This document shows positions 27,743-36,613 of a stretch of 57,284 bases of DNA, piece after piece. Source of the stretch: Candidatus Hadarchaeales archaeon (GTDB lineage Archaea; Hadarchaeota; Hadarchaeia; Hadarchaeales; Hadarchaeaceae); assembly GCA_038872135.1 (NCBI GenBank), contig JAVZGN010000005.1, forward strand, positions 1 through 57,284, given 5' to 3'. Under the pieces are notes generated by a model. It saw nothing but the letters and a program-made list of their open reading frames with translations, was not told the DNA's origin and did no database searches. A program made the position numbers and the translations under genes. Numbering within the stretch: position 1 is the stretch's first letter; each line of letters begins with the position of its first letter.

Positions 27743-28588
27743 TCACATTTCCTTCCAGACGCCGGCGAGCGGGTCTATCGTCCCAACCAGCTTGCCTCCC
27801 CTGAACACCCTGACCTGGCGATCCCCCTCTGAGACAACGATCCCCGTGGCCTGGGTCACTTTTGTTGCCCTGGCGACGGCCCGGTGGCGCGTTCCCAAGC
27901 CGGAGGGAATGTCTATCTCAGCCTCCTCAGCGCGGATGTACCTGTCGGCGCCCACTATCAGGCCCTTTGAATCGACCACGAAGGTCCCCTCGCATGGCAT
28001 CGCGTACCTCTTTATGAGGTACCAGTTTCTGCGATCGAGCACTGAAATCGAGTACCCTTTGAAGGGGTTGATGCCTATCTGGTGTGAGATCTCCATCACC
28101 CGTTCGGCGTCCCCGACAGTGAATGATGTTCCCACTGGCCTCCCGTCGATCCCCTCCCGCCCCAACTGGATGCAAATCTCGATGACGGCCTCCGCCACGT
28201 GGTCCAGCCCTGCGAGTCCAGGAGCCTCTGGCCCGGGAACCCTGCAGACGAAGAGGGTGTCGGCCTCAGCCCCCGGCCTTTCCCCTATCAGGCACACAAG
28301 CATCTCACCTGTCGACAGCATCCCCTCTCTCCTAGCGTTTGCGATTGCCTGTTGGAGCTGGGAAATGCGCGTGCCCTGGGGAAGGCGAACGACCATCGCG
28401 CCATTGGACCTGAGTTCTTCGTAGGTGGTGGGGTTCAGCGTGGCCGCGATCACTTTCAGGTTCTTTGGAGCGATCAAGCGTATGGCGCGGTAAGTCTTCC
28501 CGCTCTCCGTCGATGTTAAAATGGCGTCGGCCCCTATCTCGGCGGCGGTTTTGGCGGCGAGGGAGGCAAGGATGTCGGTTAGATTCAT
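27743..28588 (-). CDS. DacZ-like diadenylate cyclase paralogue, copy 2 (DGA replaced by EGT)
   Basis: PK_C-like TSTESGKT; EGIDGRPVGTSFTVG, PCEGTFVV, GLGTRHRA, VSEGD; start trimmed to MNLTDIL. Confidence 0.82.
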   Translation of the reverse strand: MNLTDILASLAAKTAAEIGADAILTSTESGKTYRAIRLIAPKNLKVIAATLNPTTYEELRSNGAMVVRLPQGTRISQLQQAIANARREGMLSTGEMLVCLIGERPGAEADTLFVCRVPGPEAPGLAGLDHVAEAVIEICIQLGREGIDGRPVGTSFTVGDAERVMEISHQIGINPFKGYSISVLDRRNWYLIKRYAMPCEGTFVVDSKGLIVGADRYIRAEEAEIDIPSGLGTRHRAVARATKVTQATGIVVSEGDRQVRVFRGGKLVGTIDPLAGVWKEM

Positions 28589-28876
28589 GCGATCACGGGG
28601 AGCAATTCGGAGATATGTGCGATTCGAAATATTTGAGATTTTTGGTTTCAATCGGCGATGGGCGTACAATACCTCTGATGAGCTAACAAAATCACGGGGA
28701 GGATGGATGGAAGCTGACTTCAAAGGGTGCGGAGGAAGGAGTAGCCCCAGCAGAGTAATGATTTCTTCCGGCCAGCACCTTGTAGAAACCTGATTTTAGT
28801 GTAGAAAATTCTCTGTGCACTTGTTTTACCAGCAGCTAGTCCCGCCCGAAAAGCTTCCGGCTCTAGAGGCGATAAT

Positions 28877-30121
28877 TCAGAAGATACAGAAGAAGGCCCA
28901 ATAAATAATAATGTTCAAGAGCGTTAGAGGGGCACCAATTTTCAAGAACTCAAGGAATGTCAGGGTGTCTCCAGATCTCTTTTCCGCCCCCTGAATGATT
29001 ATCACATTGCTCGCAGCCCCGAGGATAGTGAGATTTCCAGCGATAGTGCTTCCAGCCGCCAGCGCCATCAGCGCCGATGTTGTGGCCCCCGCCCTCACCA
29101 GCATTGGGAGATAGAGGGCAACCAGCGGTACATTTGAAATCAGCTGGCTCAGAAGTACACTGACAGCAAGCACCATTGGAACAGATGTTATCTCAATGCC
29201 TGCGCCGGTGATCAGCGATTGGAAAAACCCCGATCTCCAGACGCTCTCCATCAACACAAACATCGCTGCAAAAAAGACAAGCGTGTGCCAGTCTACCTTT
29301 TTGATCACCTCTAACCTTCTTGAGCTTAAGATGAGGATCGGGAGAGCAGAAATCAGAGCAATGTAGACCAGTTTGAAATCAACCTGTATACCCAGAGCCG
29401 CCATAGCAATTTTCGCTACCACCAAGGTTATTAGCAGTACCAGAGAGACCCTGCAAAGCCACGCGAGTTTTTTATCCCTGATGGGCTCCTGAGAGTGGGC
29501 GAGCGGCGTCTTGTGAAAGTGCTTTTGGTAGAAGAGCTTCAGCAGGAGATATGCGAGGAGGAGATTGATGAGAGTCGGTAGCAGGAGATATTGGAAGAAT
29601 GTTACGAATGGGTTGGAGATATTTCCGTTCACCGCCACTAGGAGATTCTGTGGATTTCCAATTGGGCTCATCGTGCTCCCTATGGTCACTGCGAAAGCCA
29701 GGGTCAAGAGGAGAAGCTTTGGCGGTATACAATGATGCCTCGCCAGAAGCAGAACCACAGGCACACCAACTATCGCCACCGTATCGTTCATGAGAAATGC
29801 TGACATCGCCCCAAATCCAAAGAGAAGAAGCAGCACAAGGTGATCCACAGATCTCGCTTTCCTGAAGAACCTATAGGCGAGGTGGGCCAAATAACCGCTT
29901 TCCTCGAGAGCACTTCCCACGACAAACATCCCGAAAAGGAATAGCATGACATCCAGGTTGATGGACTTCAGCGCATCAATGGGATGAATCTGTCCGGTCA
30001 TCAGGACAGCAATGGCCCCAACCATCATCGACTGCCACATCTGAATTTTAATATGCCCGATTCGTCTGGTGGCTATCAGAGCAAAAACTATGCCAAGGAT
30101 TATTATCGGGATCGGAATCAT
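28877..30121 (-). CDS. ArsB/NhaD/CitMHS-superfamily anion transporter
   Basis: SAFLMND, GSTMSPIGNPQN, SNVP, STIAGNLTILGAASN; multi-TM. Confidence 0.85.
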   Translation of the reverse strand: MIPIPIIILGIVFALIATRRIGHIKIQMWQSMMVGAIAVLMTGQIHPIDALKSINLDVMLFLFGMFVVGSALEESGYLAHLAYRFFRKARSVDHLVLLLLFGFGAMSAFLMNDTVAIVGVPVVLLLARHHCIPPKLLLLTLAFAVTIGSTMSPIGNPQNLLVAVNGNISNPFVTFFQYLLLPTLINLLLAYLLLKLFYQKHFHKTPLAHSQEPIRDKKLAWLCRVSLVLLITLVVAKIAMAALGIQVDFKLVYIALISALPILILSSRRLEVIKKVDWHTLVFFAAMFVLMESVWRSGFFQSLITGAGIEITSVPMVLAVSVLLSQLISNVPLVALYLPMLVRAGATTSALMALAAGSTIAGNLTILGAASNVIIIQGAEKRSGDTLTFLEFLKIGAPLTLLNIIIYWAFFCIF

Positions 30122-30452
30122 ATTGCTCTCCCTAAATGTGTGGCTCATATATACATGAGTTTTGTGTGCATCCGGCCGTTTCAAAATTTTATGCGCGGCC
30201 CATTTTCTGAGGAAATAGCATTCGCCGCAGGCCAGAGTTCAACCAACAAAGAGGTGAACTGAAATTCATTCAATTGATTGGTAAAGCGTGGCATGGAAGC
30301 CATTGATCTATGTTAGTGACACCTTTCAGGAATGGATGGTGAGGTTTGATGAGTAGGTTGTGAAAGTAACCGTTGGTGTGAATCCAAGTCTTGAGTGACT
30401 GGCAGTGCTCATGAAGAAGTACCCAGAGATTGAAGCTGGAAAATTGGACACA

Positions 30453-30528
30453 TGGAGCCGCCGGTGGGGATTGAACCCACGACCTATCGCTTACAAGGCG
30501 ATCGCTCTACCGGCTGAGCTACGGCGGC
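30453..30528 (-). tRNA. tRNA-Thr(TGT), CCA encoded
   Basis: Acceptor GCCGCCG/CGGCGGC, anticodon arm ATCGC-CT-TGT-AA-GCGAT, GGTTCAATCC, TCCA end. Confidence 0.95.
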
Positions 30529-30552
30529 CCAAAAATAAATATACATCTCTCT

Positions 30553-31233
30553 TTATTTCCTTGCTCCCTTAACGATATCTTCTATCGCTGCCCGCTGGTC
30601 CTTTGCGCAAACGATCCCTGAAGCCAGCAGAACTCCGGCACTCCCGAGCTCCAAGGCCCTTCGCACATCATCACCCGACACAATTCCCGCACCACAGAGA
30701 ACATCGACTCTGGGGTTGATCTTCCTGACGGCCTCAACCGAGCCGCTCACAACTTCTGGTCTGGCCTTTGAAACAGGAATGCCGGTGCCTATGAGTTCTG
30801 GAGGTTCGACAGCCACCATCTCTGGGTCGAGCGCCGCAAGCCTCCTGCTTTCCTCAACATCCGCCGCACAGGCAAGCGTCAGAAGATCCAAAGATTTTAA
30901 AATCTCGATTGTTTTTTTTGCCTGCTCCAGCGGAATTTTGTGCTCGGCGTGGTTCAAAAGCGTTCCGACCGCCCCAGCCTCTTTCAAGGCGTAAGGCGTC
31001 ACCCACCCAGTGTTTTTACCTGGAACTGCGGGATCTGCATGCTGGGCTAAAACAGGGATCTCCACCTCTTTAGCAATGGACGCAATGTCCACAGCTTGGG
31101 GGCAAACCGCTACCGTCACCCCATACTCCTTTCCGACTTCCTGGATCAACTTGGCCAGCTGAATCGCCCTCTTTCCAGTTGCTTCACTGTAGGTCTTGAA
31201 ATTCACAACAATGGCGGGAATATTCAATCTCAT
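30553..31233 (-). CDS. tpiA: Triosephosphate isomerase (archaeal)
   Basis: VNFKTY, AQH, LNHAE, AVEPPELIGTG, CGAGI, GVLLASG. Confidence 0.95.
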   Translation of the reverse strand: MRLNIPAIVVNFKTYSEATGKRAIQLAKLIQEVGKEYGVTVAVCPQAVDIASIAKEVEIPVLAQHADPAVPGKNTGWVTPYALKEAGAVGTLLNHAEHKIPLEQAKKTIEILKSLDLLTLACAADVEESRRLAALDPEMVAVEPPELIGTGIPVSKARPEVVSGSVEAVRKINPRVDVLCGAGIVSGDDVRRALELGSAGVLLASGIVCAKDQRAAIEDIVKGARK

Positions 31234-31330
31234 CCAATCAAACTTTATTTTATCTCCAATCTTAAATTGATTTGGTGGCGATAATTTTTGAAAGCCGAGA
31301 GTATTTACAATAAAAAATCAAGTTTTGATT

Positions 31331-32431
31331 ATGCGGAGGTTATTGGCAGCAATGTTCATGATGTCCCTGGCCATGGGCGCCACTGGGCTTGCTCTCCCAA
31401 TTTATGCAGGGGAAATCGGCGCCACCTACACTGAGATAGGATTGATCGGAGTAACCTATGTGATTTTCGACGCAATTTTCTCAATCCCCGCAGGAATTCT
31501 TGGGGACAGAAAAGGATGCAAAGGGGTTTTGATCCTGGGATTTTTCTTGACTTCTGCGGTTATGGCCACTTATTCTCTTGCCCGGACAATTTCAACGATT
31601 CTAATGCTTAGGCTGATTCAGGGAGCGACAGAAGCGCCCATCTGGACAAACGCTCAGGCGGCCATTGCTGGATTGTCTAAATCAGAAAGGCGGGGAGAGG
31701 CGATAGGTCTATTCGGAGCTTCCTGGGGGATTGGATTTGGAGTGGGGCCTGCTCTCGGTGGATTTCTCTATGCTACTATTGGTCCAAATCTCACATTCTT
31801 CTTCAGCGGGCTGTTGGCGCTGGTGGCCTCGGCAATTCTTCTGGCGACACCTCTTCCTGCTCCTGTTCTCTCGAAGAGAAGACCACCGATTTCATCGCTT
31901 CTCCCCATGTGCTTTTCCGCCGTTGTTTATGTGGGAATCTTGGCGATAATCTACACGATTTTGCCCGTTTATGCATATGCAAAGTTCAACCTTTCGGAAT
32001 TTCAGGTGGGAGTTCTCATCACCATCTTCTCAACCCTGAGAGGTATTCTCTTCATACCTCTCGGAAAGCTTTCTGACAGGGTTTCTCCAAGAGCTGTGGT
32101 TTTCGCTGGGATTGTTGGTGCGGCCTTGGCTTCTGCTGCAATAGCATTTGCCCCAAACGTGGAGACACTAGCTGCCGCTCTTCTTGGCCTGGGGGTGGCG
32201 GAGGGTGCAACCTACCCAGCGGTCGCCAGCAAAATCTCGAAAACTGGAGGAACTGGAAACTATGGGTATGTGCTTGGGGTTTTCAATGCTATTGCAATGG
32301 TTGGCTGGGGTGTATTTCCTGGTTTAGGAGGGGCGCTGGCTGATCTCTCTGGCCCCTCTGCGCCGTTTCTCATGTGTTTTGCTTTTGGCGTTGTTTCAGC
32401 TTTCCTTCTCCTCCCATTTCTTAAAAAATAG
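31331..32431 (+). CDS. MFS transporter
   Basis: GILGDRKG and GKLSDRV motif A repeats, about 12 TM. Confidence 0.87.
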   Translation: MRRLLAAMFMMSLAMGATGLALPIYAGEIGATYTEIGLIGVTYVIFDAIFSIPAGILGDRKGCKGVLILGFFLTSAVMATYSLARTISTILMLRLIQGATEAPIWTNAQAAIAGLSKSERRGEAIGLFGASWGIGFGVGPALGGFLYATIGPNLTFFFSGLLALVASAILLATPLPAPVLSKRRPPISSLLPMCFSAVVYVGILAIIYTILPVYAYAKFNLSEFQVGVLITIFSTLRGILFIPLGKLSDRVSPRAVVFAGIVGAALASAAIAFAPNVETLAAALLGLGVAEGATYPAVASKISKTGGTGNYGYVLGVFNAIAMVGWGVFPGLGGALADLSGPSAPFLMCFAFGVVSAFLLLPFLKK

Positions 32432-32548
32432 TGCCGGGGGCGAGGATCGAACTCGCGACCTCAGGATTTCTCACATCATCTCGTGAATCAGCACTCATAA
32501 CAGTTGATGTTATGAGTCCTGCGCTCTAACCAGCTGAGCTACCCCGGC
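32432..32548 (-). tRNA. Elongator tRNA-Met(CAT) with 43-nt intron at 37/38 (32468-32510)
   Basis: Acceptor GCCGGGG/CCCCGGC; CAGGA-CT-CAT-A|intron|A-TCCTG; perfect BHB (helix CTCA/TGAG, bulges TAA and AAA, inner stem CATCA/TGATG). Confidence 0.92.
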
Positions 32549-32747
32549 CAATCAAACTTTTCTTCCCCATCTTAAATTTGTTGCCGCACATCCTCTAGAC
32601 AAACCACTACCAAAATGAGGATTTTTGTTGCAGGAGTGCGCGGCCGTGCATAGTCCATCAAAGATTTTTTTGAGAATTCAGCAGATGTGCTGGCAGACGA
32701 GCTCCATTTTAGTGAGCGTTTTATAAACAGCCCACTTAGTTTCTTTG

Positions 32748-33614
32748 ATGAAAGAAGTCATAGAGAAGATTCCTGAGATCGACAGGAAAACGAGAGATTT
32801 GAATCTTTCACCGGAAGATCTCGCCCAGATGATCGACCACACGAAGCTCACCCCCTACAAGGCCACAGAGTCGATAGAAAAGCTGTGCAACGAGGCGAAA
32901 CTCTACAACTTCCGCTGCATCTGCGTCAACCCGTACTTCACAAAATTCTGCGCCCAGAAGCTCTCGGGGACAGGAATAGAAATCGCCACGGTGGTCGGAT
33001 TTCCGCTGGGCCAGGCAACCCCGGAGGTCAAGGCCCTCGAGGCAAAAAAAGCCGTGGAAGATGGGGCGACTGAGATAGACATGGTCATGAATGTCGCGGC
33101 CTTCAAGGACAAAAACTATGAAGTGGTTAAAGAAGATATCGAGGGGGTTGTTGAGGCCAGCGGCGTTCCCGTCAAAGTAATCCTGGAGACCGGCTATCTC
33201 ACCTATGAAGAGATAGTCAAGGCCTGTGAAATCGTGATGGAAGCCGGGGCCCACTTTGTGAAAACTTCAACTGGATTTGGCCCCCTTGGAGCCAACATCC
33301 CCCACGTCTACCTCATGAGAAGGACAGTTGGAGAAAAATTTGGTGTGAAGGCGGCCGGGGGTGTGGAAAACTTTAGGGATGCTCTCAGGATGGTTGCAGC
33401 GGGAGCAAACAGAATCGGTACCAGCTCCGGGGTAAAGATAATCGACACCTATTCCTGGGCAAGGCACACCGACTGGTACATTGATGAAATTCCGTGCAGG
33501 CTCTGCCCAAGCAGAAAGGCGACTTTTGGAAAAATGCCGGAAAATGTCTTCCAGTACTACAAGACTAGGTGCGTCGATTGCATCTTTAAAGAGTTCAACC
33601 GATTCTATGAATGA
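32748..33614 (+). CDS. deoC: Deoxyribose-phosphate aldolase with Cys-rich C-terminal extension
   Basis: IDHT, VGFPLG, EIDMV, KVILET, FVKTSTGF, VKAAGG, RIGTS; extra tail CRLC...CVDC. Confidence 0.93.
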   Translation: MKEVIEKIPEIDRKTRDLNLSPEDLAQMIDHTKLTPYKATESIEKLCNEAKLYNFRCICVNPYFTKFCAQKLSGTGIEIATVVGFPLGQATPEVKALEAKKAVEDGATEIDMVMNVAAFKDKNYEVVKEDIEGVVEASGVPVKVILETGYLTYEEIVKACEIVMEAGAHFVKTSTGFGPLGANIPHVYLMRRTVGEKFGVKAAGGVENFRDALRMVAAGANRIGTSSGVKIIDTYSWARHTDWYIDEIPCRLCPSRKATFGKMPENVFQYYKTRCVDCIFKEFNRFYE

Positions 33615-33622
33615 GGTGAAAA

Positions 33623-35380
33623 ATGCTTCTCAGGGTTAATCTTTCAACTGGGAAAATCTCCGAAGAGGAAATCCCCGAGGAAATCCTAAGGAATTTTGTT
33701 GGAGGGAGGGGGCTGGGCGTCAAAATCCTAACGGATGAAGTAGATCCAAAGGTAGATCCACTCTCAGAAAAGAATAAGATCATTTTTGCCGTTGGGCCGC
33801 TCACGAGAACTGCCGCACCCACTTCCGGGAGATATGAAGTCATTTTTAAATCTCCTTTAACAGGGACAATATGCAATTCAAACTCCGGCGGTCACTTCGC
33901 GCCGGCTCTCAGAGGCCTCGGATATTACGCGGTAGTTTTTGAAGGGGCGAGTAAGGATCCCGTCTACCTCTGGGCGACTGAGGGAAAGGCGGAACTCAGA
34001 GATGCTTCCAAAGTTTGGGGGAAGGACACCGAGGAGACCACAAAAGCCCTTCTTGAGGAAACCGACAAAAGGGCCAGGGTTGCGTGCATAGGCCCTGCGG
34101 GCGAGCGTCTGGCGAGGATTGCTGCAATAATCAACGATGAACATCGGGCGGCTGGAAGGGGCGGCGGTGGGGCGGTAATGGGGTCAAAAAAACTCAAAGC
34201 TGTTGTCCTGTTGGGAAACAAAAGACCTGAGATAAAGAATGAAGCCAGGTTCAATGAAATAGTGAAGAGATGTTTGGTCACCATAGACAAAAACCCCCTG
34301 ACGAAAGATGCCCTGAAAATTTTTGGAACAAATGCCCTTGTCTCGATCATCAATGAGCTGGGGATGTTTCCCACGAGAAATTTCCAGGAAGGCTATTTTG
34401 AGGAAGCAGATGGCATCTGCGGAACGAAATATCTGGAGAGAATTTTTGTCCAGGGCTATGCCTGCTATGGGTGCCCAATAGGATGCGGCAGAATCACAAG
34501 GGCGGATGGGGAGGAGGGTGGCGGTCCAGAATATGAAAGTGTGTGGTCTCTGGGCGCTGCATGTGGCGTGAGCAATTTAGAGGACATCGCCAAGGCAAAT
34601 TACCTTTGCAACAAGCTTGGGCTTGACACGATATCAATTGGGTCAACGATAGCCTGCGCGATGGAGCTATCTGAAAGAGGGTATCTGTCAGAGAGGCTCA
34701 GGTTTGGAGATTCAAAGAAGGTCATAGAGCTAGTGAGGATGACGGGGATGAGAGAGGGGCTGGGAAATGAACTGGCAGAGGGATCAAAAAGGCTTGCCTC
34801 AAAATATGGGCACCCTGAGCTGGCTATGCAGGTGAAAGGGCTGGAGATTCCCGCCTATGACCCAAGGGGAGTTCAGGGTCACGCTCTGGGTTATGCCACT
34901 TCTAACAGGGGCGGGTGCCATCTTCGAGCATACATGATCGGGCCGGAAGTCTTGGGCATACCAGCGATGGTAGACAGGTTCAACCCCGATGGGAAGGCCC
35001 CAATAGTTAAGCTTCTCCAAGATGTTTCCGCTGCAGTCGACTCCCTCATCTTGTGCAGGTTCAGCCAGTTTGCCCTCACCATAGAAGAATATTCCGCCCT
35101 CCTCTCCGCGGCGGTCGGGAAGGAGTACACGCCGGAGGATTTCAAAAAAGTGGGAGAGAGGATCTGGAACCTGGAGAGGCTCTTCAATGTCCGGGCGGGA
35201 TTCACGCGAGCAGATGATACACTTCCTTCAAGATTTCTTAATGAACCCTTGAAGGAGGGGAATTCCCGGGGAAGAGTGGTTCAACTGGAGAAGATGTTGG
35301 ATGAATACTACAGGGTCAGGGGATGGACGTCAGAGGGAATCCCCACCGAGGCCAAGCTCAGGGAACTCGGGCTGATGTGA
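33623..35380 (+). CDS. aor: Aldehyde:ferredoxin oxidoreductase (AOR family)
   Basis: KSPLTG, GRGGGGAVMGSKKLKA, CYGCPIGC, EYE, GLDTIS, YDPRG, RGGCH. Confidence 0.92.
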   Translation: MLLRVNLSTGKISEEEIPEEILRNFVGGRGLGVKILTDEVDPKVDPLSEKNKIIFAVGPLTRTAAPTSGRYEVIFKSPLTGTICNSNSGGHFAPALRGLGYYAVVFEGASKDPVYLWATEGKAELRDASKVWGKDTEETTKALLEETDKRARVACIGPAGERLARIAAIINDEHRAAGRGGGGAVMGSKKLKAVVLLGNKRPEIKNEARFNEIVKRCLVTIDKNPLTKDALKIFGTNALVSIINELGMFPTRNFQEGYFEEADGICGTKYLERIFVQGYACYGCPIGCGRITRADGEEGGGPEYESVWSLGAACGVSNLEDIAKANYLCNKLGLDTISIGSTIACAMELSERGYLSERLRFGDSKKVIELVRMTGMREGLGNELAEGSKRLASKYGHPELAMQVKGLEIPAYDPRGVQGHALGYATSNRGGCHLRAYMIGPEVLGIPAMVDRFNPDGKAPIVKLLQDVSAAVDSLILCRFSQFALTIEEYSALLSAAVGKEYTPEDFKKVGERIWNLERLFNVRAGFTRADDTLPSRFLNEPLKEGNSRGRVVQLEKMLDEYYRVRGWTSEGIPTEAKLRELGLM

Positions 35381-35383
35381 AAG

Positions 35384-36613
35384 TTACAGCCCCATGGTCG
35401 AGAGAATAGTTTCCTTGAGCCCCGCAAAATAGAGGATGCACGGGAGCAGGATACAGCCCATCGCGTGGGTTCTTTTTACTCCAACCAGCGGCGGTAGCAG
35501 CCCAACAGCAGTTGAGACACCGAAGACCACCAGCCCCCAAGGGCCTGAGATGACCAGGACAATCACCATCACCAGGATGAGAATCGATATGCAGAGCTTT
35601 CGGTAGGGGATGCCATCCATGTGTCCTGCCACCCATCTGGAGATCTTCAACCCCAAGATTGCTGCAATGCCTCCAGCTAAAAGGGCGATTCCAACTAGCA
35701 CGAGGAGCTCGGTCATTCCAACTTCCACCAGCTGCCCTACCGCCACAGCGGCCCCACTCCTCGCCTTCCCAATCGCATAAAGGGCCACAAATGAAAAGAG
35801 GGCTTTTGAGGTGTTAACGCTGCTCACGGCCGTCAAAAATTCTTCAACCCCTCCTCCGCCGGTTGCCGTCTGGGCGAGAACAGTCCCCTGAGATGGGCCA
35901 ATGCCAGGGATTATTCCAGTGATGGCCCCAGCCGCAGTGCCGGCGCAGAGGGGAGTCATCATGCTTTTGATTGGAGTCTTCTCCTCCTCAAAATATTGCT
36001 CAGGGAGTGATGTTTTTTCCAGGATGCTTGGGAGCAGAACACTCGCGCCGAAAAGCCCAGAAAGGAGTGGCATCAAGGCTGCATCTCCTGAGAGCAGGTT
36101 TCCATCCAAGGTGAGGAGCCCGAGGAGACCAGAAAGGAAGAAAATGGCCAGACCCCACGCAACCTTGTTTTTCGATTTTTCAAGGGCAAGCATCACACCG
36201 ATGACACCGATCAAAAGCCAGTGCATGTTCGGCTGCAGCAGTTCATACGCCGGCCCAACCACGAGGAGAAATGGAAAGAGGAGGAGAGCGCCAAGGAGAA
36301 GCCCCCCAAGACATCCAAAAATTGATAGCTTCACGGCGTGATGCCCCCGGCCCTCGAGGAGGAGTCTGTGGGCGGGGAGAACAGAGAGGGCAGTACCTTC
36401 GTCTGGGACGCCCAGGAAAGTTGATGGAATGTAGCTGATGAAAACATTGGTTATCGACATCGTCACTATCGCCACCGCTACCTCCATCGAGCCACTTCCG
36501 GCCGCCATCATCACCAGCAACGGTGTGAGGTTGTTGACGTGGAGTCCTGGGATGAGCCCTGTGATTAGTCCAAGCCCTATGCCGGCCAGGGCGAAAGCCA
36601 GCAACTCCAGCAT
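35384..36613 (-). CDS. Archaeal TctA-like (DUF112) multi-pass membrane protein
   Basis: TGLIPGLHVN, IPSTFLGVPD..ALSVLPAHRL..GRG, PGIGP, KARSG, VKRTHAMG. Confidence 0.82.
   Translation of the reverse strand: MLELLAFALAGIGLGLITGLIPGLHVNNLTPLLVMMAAGSGSMEVAVAIVTMSITNVFISYIPSTFLGVPDEGTALSVLPAHRLLLEGRGHHAVKLSIFGCLGGLLLGALLLFPFLLVVGPAYELLQPNMHWLLIGVIGVMLALEKSKNKVAWGLAIFFLSGLLGLLTLDGNLLSGDAALMPLLSGLFGASVLLPSILEKTSLPEQYFEEEKTPIKSMMTPLCAGTAAGAITGIIPGIGPSQGTVLAQTATGGGGVEEFLTAVSSVNTSKALFSFVALYAIGKARSGAAVAVGQLVEVGMTELLVLVGIALLAGGIAAILGLKISRWVAGHMDGIPYRKLCISILILVMVIVLVISGPWGLVVFGVSTAVGLLPPLVGVKRTHAMGCILLPCILYFAGLKETILSTMGL

Noticed and set aside
30411-30552. Split SSV-type integrase N-fragment over tRNA-Thr
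   Set aside because: Only an antisense tRNA reading; no tyrosine-recombinase C-fragment seen in the window
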